Below are positions 47,748-60,400 of a stretch of 64,000 nt of DNA, one piece after another. The translations under genes were made by a program, and so were the position numbers. A model generated the notes under the pieces. That model worked only from the letters and a program-made list of their open reading frames with translations, was not told where the DNA came from and searched no databases. The DNA is taken from assembly GCA_017499595.2 (NCBI GenBank), contig CM038999.1:2232001-2296000 (forward strand). Reading direction: 5' to 3'. Source of the DNA: Psilocybe cubensis (taxonomy: Eukaryota). Within the stretch, counting starts at the first letter, position 1; every line of letters begins with the position of its first letter.

Positions 47748-50700
47748 TCACTTCCTGAAGACCTCGTTACTAGGACCAGCCATTCCTTCTTGAACATATC
47801 TTTTCTGATAGAAACGACCTGACGGAACCGGCGGGGAAGAATCATCAATAACAATTGTAGCCGGGCGGTTAGATGGGCGGCGAGCAGATGGCGGGCCTTC
47901 AGATGGGTAGTAAAACCCACCAATTTCGGGACGAGATGGCTGCTGCTGCTGGATAGGCCGTTCACGGGGCTTTGGGTCCCCTAAAGCCTTGTAGTAGGCC
48001 TGATACTCTTTGGGGACCTTCTGCTGGACATCTTTTCCAGATTGCTTGGAATGATGCCCTGTAAAATAATCCCGCAACTCTGGTGTATCATGCATGCCAT
48101 TTGGTCGATGCCCTTCACGGTAACGATAACCGGGCAAACCTTGGTCGGTCGGCTGGGGCTGGGGTTGGCGGTACTTCTCCGACACCTCCTGATACTGATA
48201 CAGTTGTTGTCGACTTGGCTGTTCTTGACGGCGTGGAAACTGATCTTGACGTTCATCGTGCAGCCTCCGTTGACGATCAGGGCCATTGCCGGGGTCATCC
48301 GCTGGCCTCTTCTTTGGAACCTCCTTGTGGACAACTGCGATCTCGGGATATTCATGCCCCATCTGGTACAACTCATTTGGAAATCCTTGAGGCTCAGACC
48401 GAGGGGTAATGATCCGATACTTCTCGAATTCGAAACAAGCAGGCGAAGACGCGGGCAATGGCTGTGGAGCAGGGGGAGGTGGAGGGGAAGGAGGTCCAGG
48501 AGGTCCAAGAGATGGATCGCGCCATTCAGGAGGGCTCGCGACCCGAAGGGTTTTGGACGAGCCCTTCTTTTTTCGTGGGTGTTTCTCCTGCTTGGCGACT
48601 TTGCAATCTCCAACTCGATACAATGCCCCTTCCTCGCGATTATCCTTGCCAGTTGTTGTGACGAGAACAATATTGTCGTAAGCTTCAGATCCAACCTCTG
48701 CAGCTTTGTCCTCTGTAACAATACATTGGATAAATTTATTAATGTTAAGAATGAAGCTGGATCATACCATCTGTCCATGCGACAAACTGGAGCCGTTCAC
48801 TGAATGGTTTAGAGAACGCCGAGATGAGTTGGGAAAGCTGTGTTTTGCCGGTGACAGAGAATTTGGAGTACTGTGGGTAGGGGACCCCCTTTGGATAATA
48901 AACCAGGCAGTATTGATGGTCTATGGCCCTTGCAGCAATCATTGCCCAAGAGAAATTCCCGCGGTTAAGGATCAAGTTGGCAGGAACAAATTTCACTAGG
49001 TATACAAAGTGACTGTTTAATGTCTGAAGGTGAGGAAACACAAAACACACATACAAGATTCATTGACGAGAACGAAAACCACAAGTTGACGTATGAATAC
49101 CACATCACTGTCTTGGAGCTTTTCAAGGGATTGCGTCGCAATTAAATCTGTCATAAAGTCCTTCAGAACTTCATCGGCGAAATACTTATCATTTTTCAAT
49201 CTCCGTGGCCCAACATTCGACGTATCTTTGGCTTTTCCTTTGCCTTTGGAATTGGACGCCTCGGCTTGAACATCGGCCTGTGTGTCCCGCTGTGACTGCA
49301 ACTCATGTGGTGGTTGTTGTCGTGAAGCTTTGGTCTGTTTTGAGGGACTGAGGATGTTGTTATTGGTAGGCAGACCCAACCGTAAACCTTGCGACAATTT
49401 GTTCTGAGAAAATGATGCTCTGAAATCAGGAATTAGTTACACAAAACATGGTAGTTACAATGCAAACTCACCGGCAGATGTCTGAGAAGACATTGCAAAT
49501 TTCATTGACAATCATCCCTTGTGTCTTCAGCATTGTTTCGACAATGTTGCATGATGCAACAACAGAATTCATCTGCCGTGCCGTTTGATCCTCGCCAAGG
49601 TAAAGGATGAAGGATACCAATCCCACTTCCCTATCCATAAGAGATGTCAAAACAGTCTGATGCAGAAAAGGATACACTTCAATAAACACTACTCAAAGAA
49701 AGAAGTCGAAAGCTTACACGATCGCGGGTCTCATCGATAATATCCTTGACTCTTGTTGATGCTGGCTTAAGACAGTCAAGCCTGAGTGACATCTCAGCTA
49801 TGGCCTCCTTGATTTCCTTACGGAACGCTCTGATTTCCTCCTCTGTGTGTCGATTTGGATCCATTCTTTCCTTGTAGGTACTTTGAGCAAGATCTTTAAA
49901 TTTCACATCTGTATTATCCTCAGTAATTATCTCTTATAACAATGAAACAGAGCGTACACGTCTCATTGTTAAGCTCTTTGCTGCGAGCAAGGCAGGACTG
50001 AAAGTCATTCCAGATATTGCCTCTTGGTGTGGGCAGCTCGATCTTGCAAAACTTTAAAGCAGTATTGAATGATATGTTATTTTTCTCTGCATACTTTGCA
50101 ACCTCTGCCTTCATTGCCAAACCAAGTTGACGACCTTCTTCCTTGCACTTCATGGAGACACGTTTTCCAATGCGAGGGAGGATGCCCTTGGTATCGCTGT
50201 CGTCCTCAGTCGAATCTGTGGAAGGACTGCTGGAACCCCTCATCGATGGTGCAGGGTAAGGGTTGGGCAGTGCAGGGGTGCCCGCTGCTTTTGCTGGGTG
50301 ATGGGACGATGCAGACAGGGCTACAGAGGCTGGCGTTGCTTTTGCTGGGTGATGGGACGATGCAGCCAGGGCTGCAGGGGCTGCCGTGGTCTTTGCTGGG
50401 TGTTTGGATGATGCTTTGGGTGCCGCGGGGGTGCCAGTCACCTTTGCTGGGTGATGGGACGATGCAGGCGGGGCTGCAGGGGCTGGCATTGCCTTTGCTG
50501 GGTGATGGGACGATGCAGGCGGGGCTGCAGGGGCTGGCATTGCCTTTGCTGGGTGATGGGACGATGCAGGCGGGGCTGCAGGGGCTGCCTTGGTCTTTGC
50601 TGGATGTTTGGATGATGCTTTGGGTGCCGCGGGGGTGCCAGTCACCTTTGCTGGGTGATGGGACGATGAAGGAGGGGATGCAGGGGCTGGCGTTGCCTTT

Positions 50701-51265
50701 GCTGGGTGATGGGACGATGCAGGCGGGGCGGCAGGGTCGTATTTGGGGTGACTGGACGATGTTGGCGGGACTGTAGGGGCTGCCAGTGCCTTTGTTGGCT
50801 GTATGGATGATGCTTTGGGTGCCGCGGGCGCTCCAGCCGCCTTTGCTGTAAGGACACTGCGCATCGATCTCCGCCTCGGTTCTTTCTCGGGACTTGAGAC
50901 CACAACCTCAAGCTGAAGATCGCAATCCTCAGACGCGTCCTCCATTTCTGTGTCCGATGCCAACCCATGACGAATATTAGCGCGACGACGCTTCGCTTGT
51001 GCTCTGGTTTGAGCGAAGTCAGAGCCACTGTCTTCGCTGTCATCCATGGCATTGTAGCGCATCATCTTGCGAGTCAGCGCCGAGGGCGCAGTCCCTTTGC
51101 CCGAGAAGATGGCGTCGTCGTCGACTTCATCCCGGTCCCCATCCACATCACTGGACTGCAGCTCATCATCTTCCTCGTCGCCCTCGTTTTCATCATCTTC
51201 GTTGTTGTCTTCTTCTTCTTCCTCCTCCTCCTCCTCCTCCTCCTCCTCCTCCTCCTCCTCCTCCT

Positions 51266-51296
<31 letters not shown>

Positions 51297-52881
51297 TTCC
51301 TCGTCGCCTTCGTCTTCCTCGTCGCCTTCCTCATCCTTGTCGCCTTCCTCATCCTCGTCGCCTTCGCCTTCGTCCACTGCCTGCAACGGGCGCAATGCTT
51401 TGCGAGGGAGACTGCTGGGGGGCTCTACCTTCGGAGAGGGCGGTTCTTTTTTTACTGGAACATGTTTTCTCAGCTTGGACTGCGCATGTTGAGCGGGTTG
51501 AAATGGCGATGGCGGAAGAGGTTCCATGTCCGATGTTGGGACCTCCGCTTGCTCCAAGAGAGTATTGGCCTGGTAACGTAGAACTCTGGCCTCCTGCTCA
51601 AGGCGGTCTGCGGCAAGATCAGAGGCTGGGAGCATATCTTTTTCGGCTTGTGCTCGAGCTGCTCTGGCATTCTGCTCCAGAGACACAGCGACAACCGCAA
51701 CTGCATGGGCACCTTCGCGACGATCTGCCCTGGTCAAGACTCGCCCTGGAACCTCTTTCTGCTTCCCTTTCACCACCTTGCGCTTCACCTCCTCCGCATC
51801 GCTCTTCAACTCTTGCTTCACCTCCTCCGCATCCCTCTCTACCTCCTGCTGCCCCGCATCCCTCTCCACCTCCTTCCCCCCCACGACCCTCTCCGCCTCT
51901 TGCGCCTCCCGCTCCGCCTGCTCTGCCATCATACATTGGTGGTCTATTTCCATCTGAATGCGTGCTTGCTCCGCCCGTGCTGCCATCCTTTCTGATCCGC
52001 TAGGGTCCGTGTCCGTGTGAGAAGGACTCGAAGGGGCACGCGTTTTGTAAACTCTCTTCTTCGTGCTTTTCGGTAGCTTCAACCCAGACATACGAATTCT
52101 AAATAAGTGTAAGCGATACATCAGAGATAAGTGACAAGAAAACAATGTTTTGACGCGACACAAGTCAGCGAACAACAGAGGAAATGCGACATAAGTCAGG
52201 AGGCGACATAAGTCAGCAAACAGGGCAAATGCGACATAAGTCAGCATTTGTGGTTGCAGAGGCGACATAAGTCAGCCTCAAAGCCTCGATAAGAAAGTGT
52301 TCGCGACATAAGTCAGCGAACAGGGCAAATGCGACATAAGTCAGCATTTGTGGTTGCAGAGGCGACATAAGTCAGCCTCAAAGTGGCTTCAAATAATAAA
52401 GGTAATCAAATTGACTTACCTTTCCGAAAGAGACAACATGGGAGGGTCAGGTGAAGACTGCCTCGCCAAAATGGCATCGGCAGCCTTGTATAGCTCAGCG
52501 TTGGGGGAAACAATCTGCACCCCCTTCATTGGAAAAGGCTGCAGGACGCGTGGCGGTTTAGGGGGAGGCGCTCCGGCTTTGACGTCAGGCAACGGAGTAG
52601 CAGGAGGGGGTGGCACGGCTTGCTCAGTGGGTGCTGGGTTACCGCGAGCAGCAGGAGGGGGTGGCACGGCTTGCTCAGTGGGTGCTGGGTTGCCGCGCTT
52701 TCCTCGAGGGCCCCGTTTAGCTCGTGGTGTCGGTGCCGGGACAGGTGGAGGAGAGGGCTGTTGTTGCTTTTTCCTCTACAGACGCGACTGAGTGCATAAT
52801 AAAAACGCAAAAAATAGAGAAAAAATGTACCTTGGAAAAGCGGGTGGGTTCACTATCATTCTTTCGCTTCTTGGGGGGCAT
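47748..52881 (-). CDS. KDZ cargo gene 1: predicted 8-exon, about 1493-aa low-complexity, probably nuclear protein with a possible degenerate HMG-box-like region
   Basis: Exons 52881-52831, 52775-52420, 52098-49958, 49908-49718, 49656-49472, 49419-49055, 48995-48768 and 48712-47748; all introns GT-AG and frame-consistent. Starts MPPKKRK; long D/E tract; PAAPPASSHHPAKA repeats; GNIWNDFQ...KFKDLAQSTYK. Confidence 0.8.
50270..50850 (-). repeat. Coding minisatellite (about 48-bp unit, PAAPPASSHHPAKA)
   Basis: TTTGCTGGGTGATGGGACGATGCAG and close variants recur about ten times. Confidence 0.85.
51160..51375 (-). repeat. (GAG)n/(GAC)n trinucleotide tract encoding poly-E/D
   Basis: (TCC)n and (TCG)n runs on the plus strand. 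Confidence 0.9.
52155..52377 (-). repeat. GCTGACTTATGTCGC motif array A (about 8 copies) inside predicted intron 52099-52419
   Basis: GCGACATAAGTCAGC repeated on the plus strand. Confidence 0.9.
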
Positions 52882-53321
52882 TATTCAACTGTAATTTTGG
52901 GGGGGGAGTTGGTTAGCATGTCGCCAACGTGGTTAAATAGCCCAAATTTTCCTATCGTAATGAGAAGCACCTTTCATTAATGAGATCGGGCAAGTAACGG
53001 ATGAATATTGAAAGACATTACCTCATTATGTTTTGCTCTGCTCGATGTCTAGGTAGAGGGAATGATACTCAAGTTAAATAAGTTATGTGGGATAGGATGA
53101 ACAACTGGGCAGCATACCTTCAACAGTGCAATGTATCTTCAACATTGAGCTCAGGTATCTATCTTCCTATCCCCTATTCCGTCCCCCTGTTCCGTGTAGC
53201 GTAAAGGATCGGTCGCGGTTTCGGAGTGATGGTAGTACCGTATGATTGGCGGGAAAGGGTTGTCGGATCGCATGACATAAGGTTCGGGGAATCTGTAGAA
53301 ACAGAGTGGAGTTATCGAGAT

Positions 53322-53541
53322 GGACATAAGTCAGCCCCCAGTGGCAGAGGACGACATAAGTCAGCCCTCGGAACGGTGGCAGAGGGCGACAAAAGTCAGC
53401 CCTCTGAAAGGTGATAGAGGGCGACATAAGTCAGCCCTTTGGAAGGTGGTAGAGGGCGACATAAGTCAGCCCCCAGGAAGGTGGTAGAGGGCGACATAAG
53501 TCAGCCCCCAGGAAGGTGGTGGAGGGCGACATAAGTCAGCC
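53322..53541 (-). repeat. Motif array B (7 copies, mostly 35-bp period)
   Basis: Copies at about 53322, 53351, 53386, 53421, 53456, 53491 and 53526. Confidence 0.9.
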
Positions 53542-53755
53542 GAAAGAAACCAAAGACAAAAGCTTGGTGCCTAACCATGGCGCAAAAGCCGTTGGTAAAC
53601 AAAGCCCAACAAACTGGCGAAACTTAGCAAACTTGGACTTTGCCGTTCGCACATCCAGTAAGCACATATGAATTAAAATATATCTTACCTGTAAGTAGAA
53701 TATGAGAGCAAATGTAAATATTTTGAATGAACTTGGAATGCTTAAGAAGTATCAC

Positions 53756-53849
53756 AAAAGTATCGTGGTCAACTGGAATCTCATGTTCGTTCCAGTGACC
53801 AGCAAAAGTATCGTGGTCAACTGGAATCTCATGCTCGTTCCAGTGACCA
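53756..53849. repeat. 48-bp tandem duplication, each unit an imperfect palindrome
   Basis: TGGTC(A)ACTGGAA...TTCCAGTGACCA twice. Confidence 0.85.
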
Positions 53850-54470
53850 CTCTCGTCTTGTCTCGCCGCGTTCGCTCTTCGCTCCCCCTCTTGATCCTTC
53901 TGTATTTACACGTAATTTTCAGTTTTTTTCCAATTTCTTCTTGTTCTATCATTCTATTCGTCTATCCAGTCTTTCCTTACATTTCTCTCCGATGTGGTTT
54001 CTGTCAAACTCCCTTTGACTCAGATCTCCTTGAATGTATGTATTGTATTCAAGTCTCTACTTAACTAAATTGCCAGTAGTAAGTAGCTAGTTTCCCTCAA
54101 CAAATTAATGAAATATTCCCCTGCCCGTCTCGCCCACAACATGTATGATTTCACTGCCAGTCCAGTCAGATGGTGTTGAAGTTCACTTATCTTATCTTAT
54201 CTCTCCATATCTTATCTCCCCTATCTTATCTATTCTTTGTCATAGATCAACAAACACGTAGGGTGTTTGTTGATTCTGCCTTGCGTTTCCCACGGACTTA
54301 TCTTTCCTTCAACGTTCACTCAGTCGTGTTTCCTTGCTTTCGTCGTTTTCGCTTGCTTTCATCGTTTTGGCTTGCTTTCATCGTTTTTGCTCCTTTTTTT
54401 CCTTCTTATCTCAGATCTTTTTCAAAGGTGAGTCTTCTTCCACAACTCTTCCACTCCCACCTTCCTGGGG

Positions 54471-54697
54471 GCTGACTTATGTCGCCCCCTACCACCTTTC
54501 AGAGGGCTGACTTATGTCGCCCTCTACCCACCTTTCAGAGGGCTGACTTATGTCGCCCCCTACCACCTTTCAGAGGGCTGACTTATGTTGCCCCCTACCA
54601 CCTTTCAGAGGGCTGACTTATGTCGCCCTCTACCCACCTTTCAGAGGGCTGACTTATGTCGCCCTCTACCCACCTTCCTGGAGGCTGACTTATGTCC
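54471..54697 (+). repeat. Motif array C (7 copies, 35-36-bp period) inside predicted 5'-UTR intron 54428-54726
   Basis: GCTGACTTATGT at 54471, 54506, 54542, 54577, 54612, 54648 and 54684; AG|GTGAGT donor and CTACAG|ATG acceptor. Confidence 0.9.
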
Positions 54698-54726
54698 ATG
54701 TCGATAACTCAACTTTGTTTCTACAG

Positions 54727-57148
54727 ATGCCCCGCACCACGAAACCTCCTGCTGCCTCCACTGACACTGACTCCTGTATGAATCTTTGTCTTGGTCTATC
54801 CGTCTTGACCCACAATGTCGCTGATAATCTTAGCAGTTTATATTGATGCATTTGGCAGAAAACGCGATGCTGTCACCCATCGAGCAATCATCGAAATATA
54901 CGAAGGAAAGCATTGTACGTAACTTTATTGCTCAGTGAAGAAATTTTTATCATCGATGTATTCTAGCTTATTCTGCCACGGATGCTCTGGCAATGGCAGA
55001 ATTGTATAAACTGCCCTACAAAATCCCATCGCTGGATACCAGTTCTTTCACTGGGCTCGATGCCAACAAACATCCCTACCCCTCATCTTTTTTTGTTACC
55101 TCGCCAAATATGTACAAAATACCTGACATAACAGAGGACTCCGAGGACGTCACCATTCGAACAGATGGCCGCTACGGATACGGCGATTTCACATTGTGTC
55201 CACAGTGGTACTTTCAGGGCACTTACTATCTCCCCTACGTTAGCCGCAAGCCATCACTTCTGTCCGACTGTCCCTATGCTGTCATGTGGTACAATTTGAA
55301 GGAAACCGACTTCATTCACAATCAAACTTCCATTGTCTCTGGCATTGGACGTATCCGTTCCGACCTCCTTGAAAAACTCATTTCTGCACGTAAACAACTC
55401 ACTGCCAAGGCTCGTGAACTTGATAGCGACCCCCGCTTCACTTATGTTCAACTATCAGAGCTACGCTACAGCCTTCAATTGCTTCTATTTTCTACAGTGG
55501 CACTGCAATGTGCCCCGCAAAACTACACGATGACTTTGCTCACCTTCACTGGTTGCCAACGCCATTACTTGGAGGCACTGGCTTGCTACGATTTTTTGAT
55601 GAAATACCGAGATATGGAGATCAACGAGTCGGTGAAAGAAGTCCCGGTGAATGACAGGCTAATGGGGTGCTTGACCACCTCTGTCGAAATTGCTACGGAG
55701 ATGTATTATTGAGGAGTGCCCGTGTGGTTGTTTAGAAAAGCAGAGGATGTATCTATGGAAACGACAGTAATTTCCTCATCGCGCATGTGCCCTATCCGGA
55801 ACATCGTCCTTGAAAGAATGCCCGGCGCAAATGTTGTCTTTAAGGGGGATGCCAGTGCGATTCGCAATCGAGCTTGCCAAGCTCTAAAAGTTGGTAATGT
55901 TCGCCTCGGTCATAGCGCGTATATGTCGCATCCCGGTGAATTTGCGGCGCCGCCAAGTAAGTTCTTTCTGCCCAGTATAAAAAAGTTGTCTTCGCTTCCT
56001 GACTTTCCTCGACTCCCTTCTCAGACCGTCAAGTTATTGCGGCCTACAATCAACCCTGTTCCTCCAGCTCTGTGCCACTGGCCCGTCATCCTGAACCTAC
56101 GTTTAATACGACCTCTAATCTCGCTCGCCCTGCGCAACAAGTTTCACGCCCAGAAGTCTTGATGGTGCCTCAAATGCGATATGTTTTAGAACCCATATCA
56201 GTGAATTTTGTGAAGTTCTCTTACACTCCTCTGCCCAGTTGGCCGTCTGCTAATACATCCTGGGTCAATGCATTGCATCAAGTGAGGATTGATCCTTACA
56301 GAGTATGGGACCACGGTTTTCTGGATTCCTATCGTGGCTATGCGTTCTTTGATCCTCACATCCTTCTTGGAGAAGACTGGGACCGGGCACGCGGTAAAAC
56401 GTATCTTTTGGCATGGCTTGCAGTTCGCCCGGCGTGGATGGCAAAGATGATCAACCCGACTGTTCATCAAGAGTATCCACAACCGCAATCTTGGAGGGAC
56501 TTCCTTATTTTTCACATCGCAAAGCTTTTGCGGGTGTCTGATCGCGACGTCAAGTGCAATCCCGACCGTTCCATCAGTGGTCCAAACAAGCGCCGCAAGC
56601 AAGGCAATCTCATCGCTTATTTTGACCTTCCTGTGCGGAATTATCATAATACAACGCAGATTCGCTGGAGAGATGACGATGTAGGCTATGCTGGCTCTCT
56701 GGATGTCGAAAGCATGGTTATCAAACCTTCTGTCCCTCGTGAAGTTGTTTGGGATCTTTTTGAACACAATTTCCGTTTCGAATTGCTTGCTCTTGATCGA
56801 TCCATTTTCCCTCGGCACCTCGTCAGCGATCAGCTCTCACTTGCTCGGGACACTTTGGTGACAAATTGCTTCCCTCAAAATGCACTTATCACTGTACAAT
56901 GGCCGGAACGTGATGAAGGTCTGGGGGCACGGAGATACCAGGACCGTGTATTATATGTGGAGTCACTGCGCAAGCTCATGTCGGATTGGCCAGGCTCTGT
57001 AGCAACGGCTTTGCGGCGCATGTCCCTTTCGCCCAACAGCACTGAACAACAGGTACTCGATGTTGAAGCAATAGCTTTCCCCTTCTATTGCCAAACATTT
57101 TTCGATTACTTCGGGCGTGCCGCTACAATTCCTCATCACAGGCCCTGA
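54727..57148 (+). pseudogene. KDZ cargo gene 2: uncharacterised globular protein with one in-frame TGA at 55710-55712
   Basis: Predicted introns 54776-54833, 54915-54966 and 55957-56024 join the 239-, 148- and 358-aa ORFs in frame; the frame continues GVPVW after TGA. Motifs DGRYGYGDF, WDLFEHNFRFELLALDR, FYCQTFFDYFGR. Confidence 0.75.
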
Positions 57149-57498
57149 GTGTCTGCGGGTATTTTGATTTCTTGCTGTCAGTATCATTCAACGCAGTCAC
57201 TTTCATTCAATGACATATTTACATGCTAACCCTTCCTTTTTAGATTTCATTGTATATATCATCATTGTTTTGGGATGGGATCCCCCTTTTTGTATGTATC
57301 TATCTTTGCCTGGATCCCTTTAATGTCATTCTTTGTGCGGAGTGCAAATTCCGCATTCCGCCTTTTTTATAGAATGACAGTTCGACACCTGTGGGAGTCC
57401 TTGTAAGGCGTCACATATATATAACAATAAAGGTAAGACCGTGCTCCTTTCCTTCTTTTTCCCCGTCCATCAAGGTCTCCTTGCTCTCCAAACAACAA

Positions 57499-60400
57499 AT
57501 GCCTCGCAACTTCCGCCGTGTCAGAAACCAACCGCCTTCTTCACCACCTCCTGTTGGGCATTTCTTGCCATTAGCAGAGGTTCTACCGCTTCGTCACCCC
57601 TATGGCACAGCAACGCAAGGTCTTGCATTGGAACCGCAAGGTCTGCTGTATGGCCCAAGTGGAATTTTTTCCCAGCCATTGGGGGTTACCGATATTGCAA
57701 TTCCTCAGCAACCAGGCTTTGTGAATGATATGAATATGGGTGATTTGATTGAAGTAGATGAGTTACACAGTGTTGATCCCGAAAGAGCTGCAAAGAACCA
57801 GCGCCTGTGGCAGATGTGGAATGAGGTTATGATTCCCAGGCTTATGAAGCCATATCTCAACACATATCGTGAAACGTCGGGTATGCGTGCTCCAAACCGC
57901 GTTCGGTACAATGTCGGGTGCCAGGGTTGCTCCAATGGTGGCCTTCTCAAAGTGTCTTGCATCTTCTTTGAAAGTACGTCAAATTGATTATGGATCAAGC
58001 TGGTATAGGAGGTCTTGACATGTTATTAGGAATTGAATGCATCACACTGTGTACCTGTACTGAACCTGCATTGCAGTTGATGCAGAGAGGGTTCTTTCCT
58101 TGTGCACCAACACAGCCTACTCTTGCTGTAGATCTCAGTGTGCTGGATTTTGTGCAAGAATTGTTTACCAATATGGCACCAAACACTGTGGGATGGTGCA
58201 ATACTCTTGAAGCATTTTTAAGTTCTCGTAATTTCAAATTAACTACAAGGGTATGATGAATCTTATCTACTACTAATATTGTAGGCTAATGTACTCACTG
58301 CAGAATAGTCTCCGTGATAGATTTGCCTCTGCCATGAAATGGTATGCTACTCTCGTCAACCGGAAAGATTTGTTGATGTTCGATTATTTAAATCGTGTTC
58401 GAGTATCAGAATTATTTATTATGGAGAATAGTGAGTTTAACATTTTAAAATATAACATCTAACTAATCAATATCAATAGATCCTAGTCCAGATCAGAGTG
58501 CTTATGGTCATTCCACAGTTACAGAGTCAGAAGAGGATGACATAAATGAAGCTAATAGTCCTCACACCCACACTATGGATGTAGATGCAGACAAAGATGA
58601 TATACCAAATGATAATTCTGATACTGGTAGTAATACCGGTAAGTGTACAAAATACTTTTGCAGTTTATTAGGACTAAAATAAAACCAGATGATTCACTTA
58701 CTCGTCCAAGTGAATACCTTCGAGAACGCTGTCCATTATGTTTTGGAGGAGAAAATTGGTATAAATCTGAAGATTTGTATGTTTATATTTTACAACTTGA
58801 CTTCAAAACTAACATTGTAATGGAAGGGTTGATGCAATTGTTTGCATTGATGCCTGTTTTACTCAAAAACGTCGCAAATCTCGAGGTCATGCATGGGCAG
58901 CACCACATATCCATCCACAAACAATTTTTATTTCTGAAGATGAGGTTAAGGATGTGGAAATTACTGTTGAGCAAAAAAGATCTAAAAAATCCAATAATAA
59001 TATGGAAAATAATCAGACAGCGAATTCTGGAGATGCAGAATTTGAGCCTGGAATGAAAATTCCAATTTCAGTTCTTGATGGATGCAATGAATCTTTTATT
59101 GCAGCAGATGAAAGACGTATTAAAGCAAGTACTGCTTTTTTTTCAGATACAGGGCTTATGGGGCTTCTTTGTCGGCATGATCGACCTTTATGGTTGGTTA
59201 ATATGACTTCAGCAGGTGAAAAGCAATTTTATGCTTTAGCATTAATTCAGAAGTTATTTGAACACATTCCTAATACCATGCGAATTGGCTTATTGTATGA
59301 TATTGGGTGCCAGCTGCATCGTAGCTGTGTTAAATTTGGTTTTTTAAATAATATTCTTGACCGAATTGTGTTTGGAATATCTGTATTTCATGCATATGGC
59401 CATCAGTGGGCCTGCCAAATTGTCTATCATCCACGTAAATGTGAAGGTTTTGGCTTGACAGATGGTGAAGGATGTGAAAGATTCTGGAGCTTAATTAAAC
59501 CATTAATTCCATCATGCCGTGTTTCTGGATATTTTACCCGTCTCCATACTATTGATACCAAGATTAAAAGTCTTGATTACTCATCTTTGCTTAGTATGGG
59601 GACTTGGCTTCAGCGCAAATGGAATGCTATGAATGCAAAAAAATTTGAAGCAGAAATAATTCTAAACAATATGGAGCAAAATGGATATACAAAGGATTAT
59701 TTGGCAATACAATGGAATGAACAAGTTATTTACCAAACCAAGCCTCTAAAAAAGCAATCTAAAGCTTGGGCAAATAAAGAAATTGAAGAAATTTTACTTT
59801 TGTCTCAAAATTTGGATACCTATAAAAAGGAGTGCAACAGATTAGAGTCAATGATTGAGACTGGAATATATGAAGAAAATATTACACTATATATAATCCA
59901 AGAAAATTTGGAAGAGCTACAGGAGAAAATTAGCAAAACCAAAAAGGCAATTAGCAATAAACGTGCAAAACTATCAGTGGATGGAAGACTCAATCTTACT
60001 AAATTGCTTAATAATGAATTTTTAAAACTGCGAATGAATGCTCTTGCTCTTAAACAACGTATACGTGATCGCTTACGAATGCGGAAATTTGAGCTTGAAA
60101 ATATGGAACGTGCATATCGATCATCCATAAATGAAGCTAAATTACAAAAACATGTTCATCAACAAATCAAACGAAAAGAGCCAGGTATTCAAAGTTTGGT
60201 CAGAAATTATAACAAAGCCTGTGTTCAACTTGAAAGTATGATTGCACAAAAAAAAGCACCACGTGGTGCAATAGCACCTTTGCCTATTATTATGGAAGGA
60301 CTTTTTAAGCTAGATGTTGATGATAATATTTGGCAAGATATTGGCTTTGATGATGATGAAAATGAAACTATAGAAATCCCAGATTGGCTTGGAAAAGAGG

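Noticed and set aside
50069-52003. Plus-strand ORFs with poly-P, poly-S, poly-L and LLGDGTMQ repeats
   Set aside because: Antisense shadows of the low-complexity minus-strand cargo gene.
53322-54697. CRISPR-like repeat/spacer appearance of the 35-bp periodic arrays
   Set aside because: Spacers are near-identical to each other, there are no cas genes, and the context is eukaryotic and intronic.
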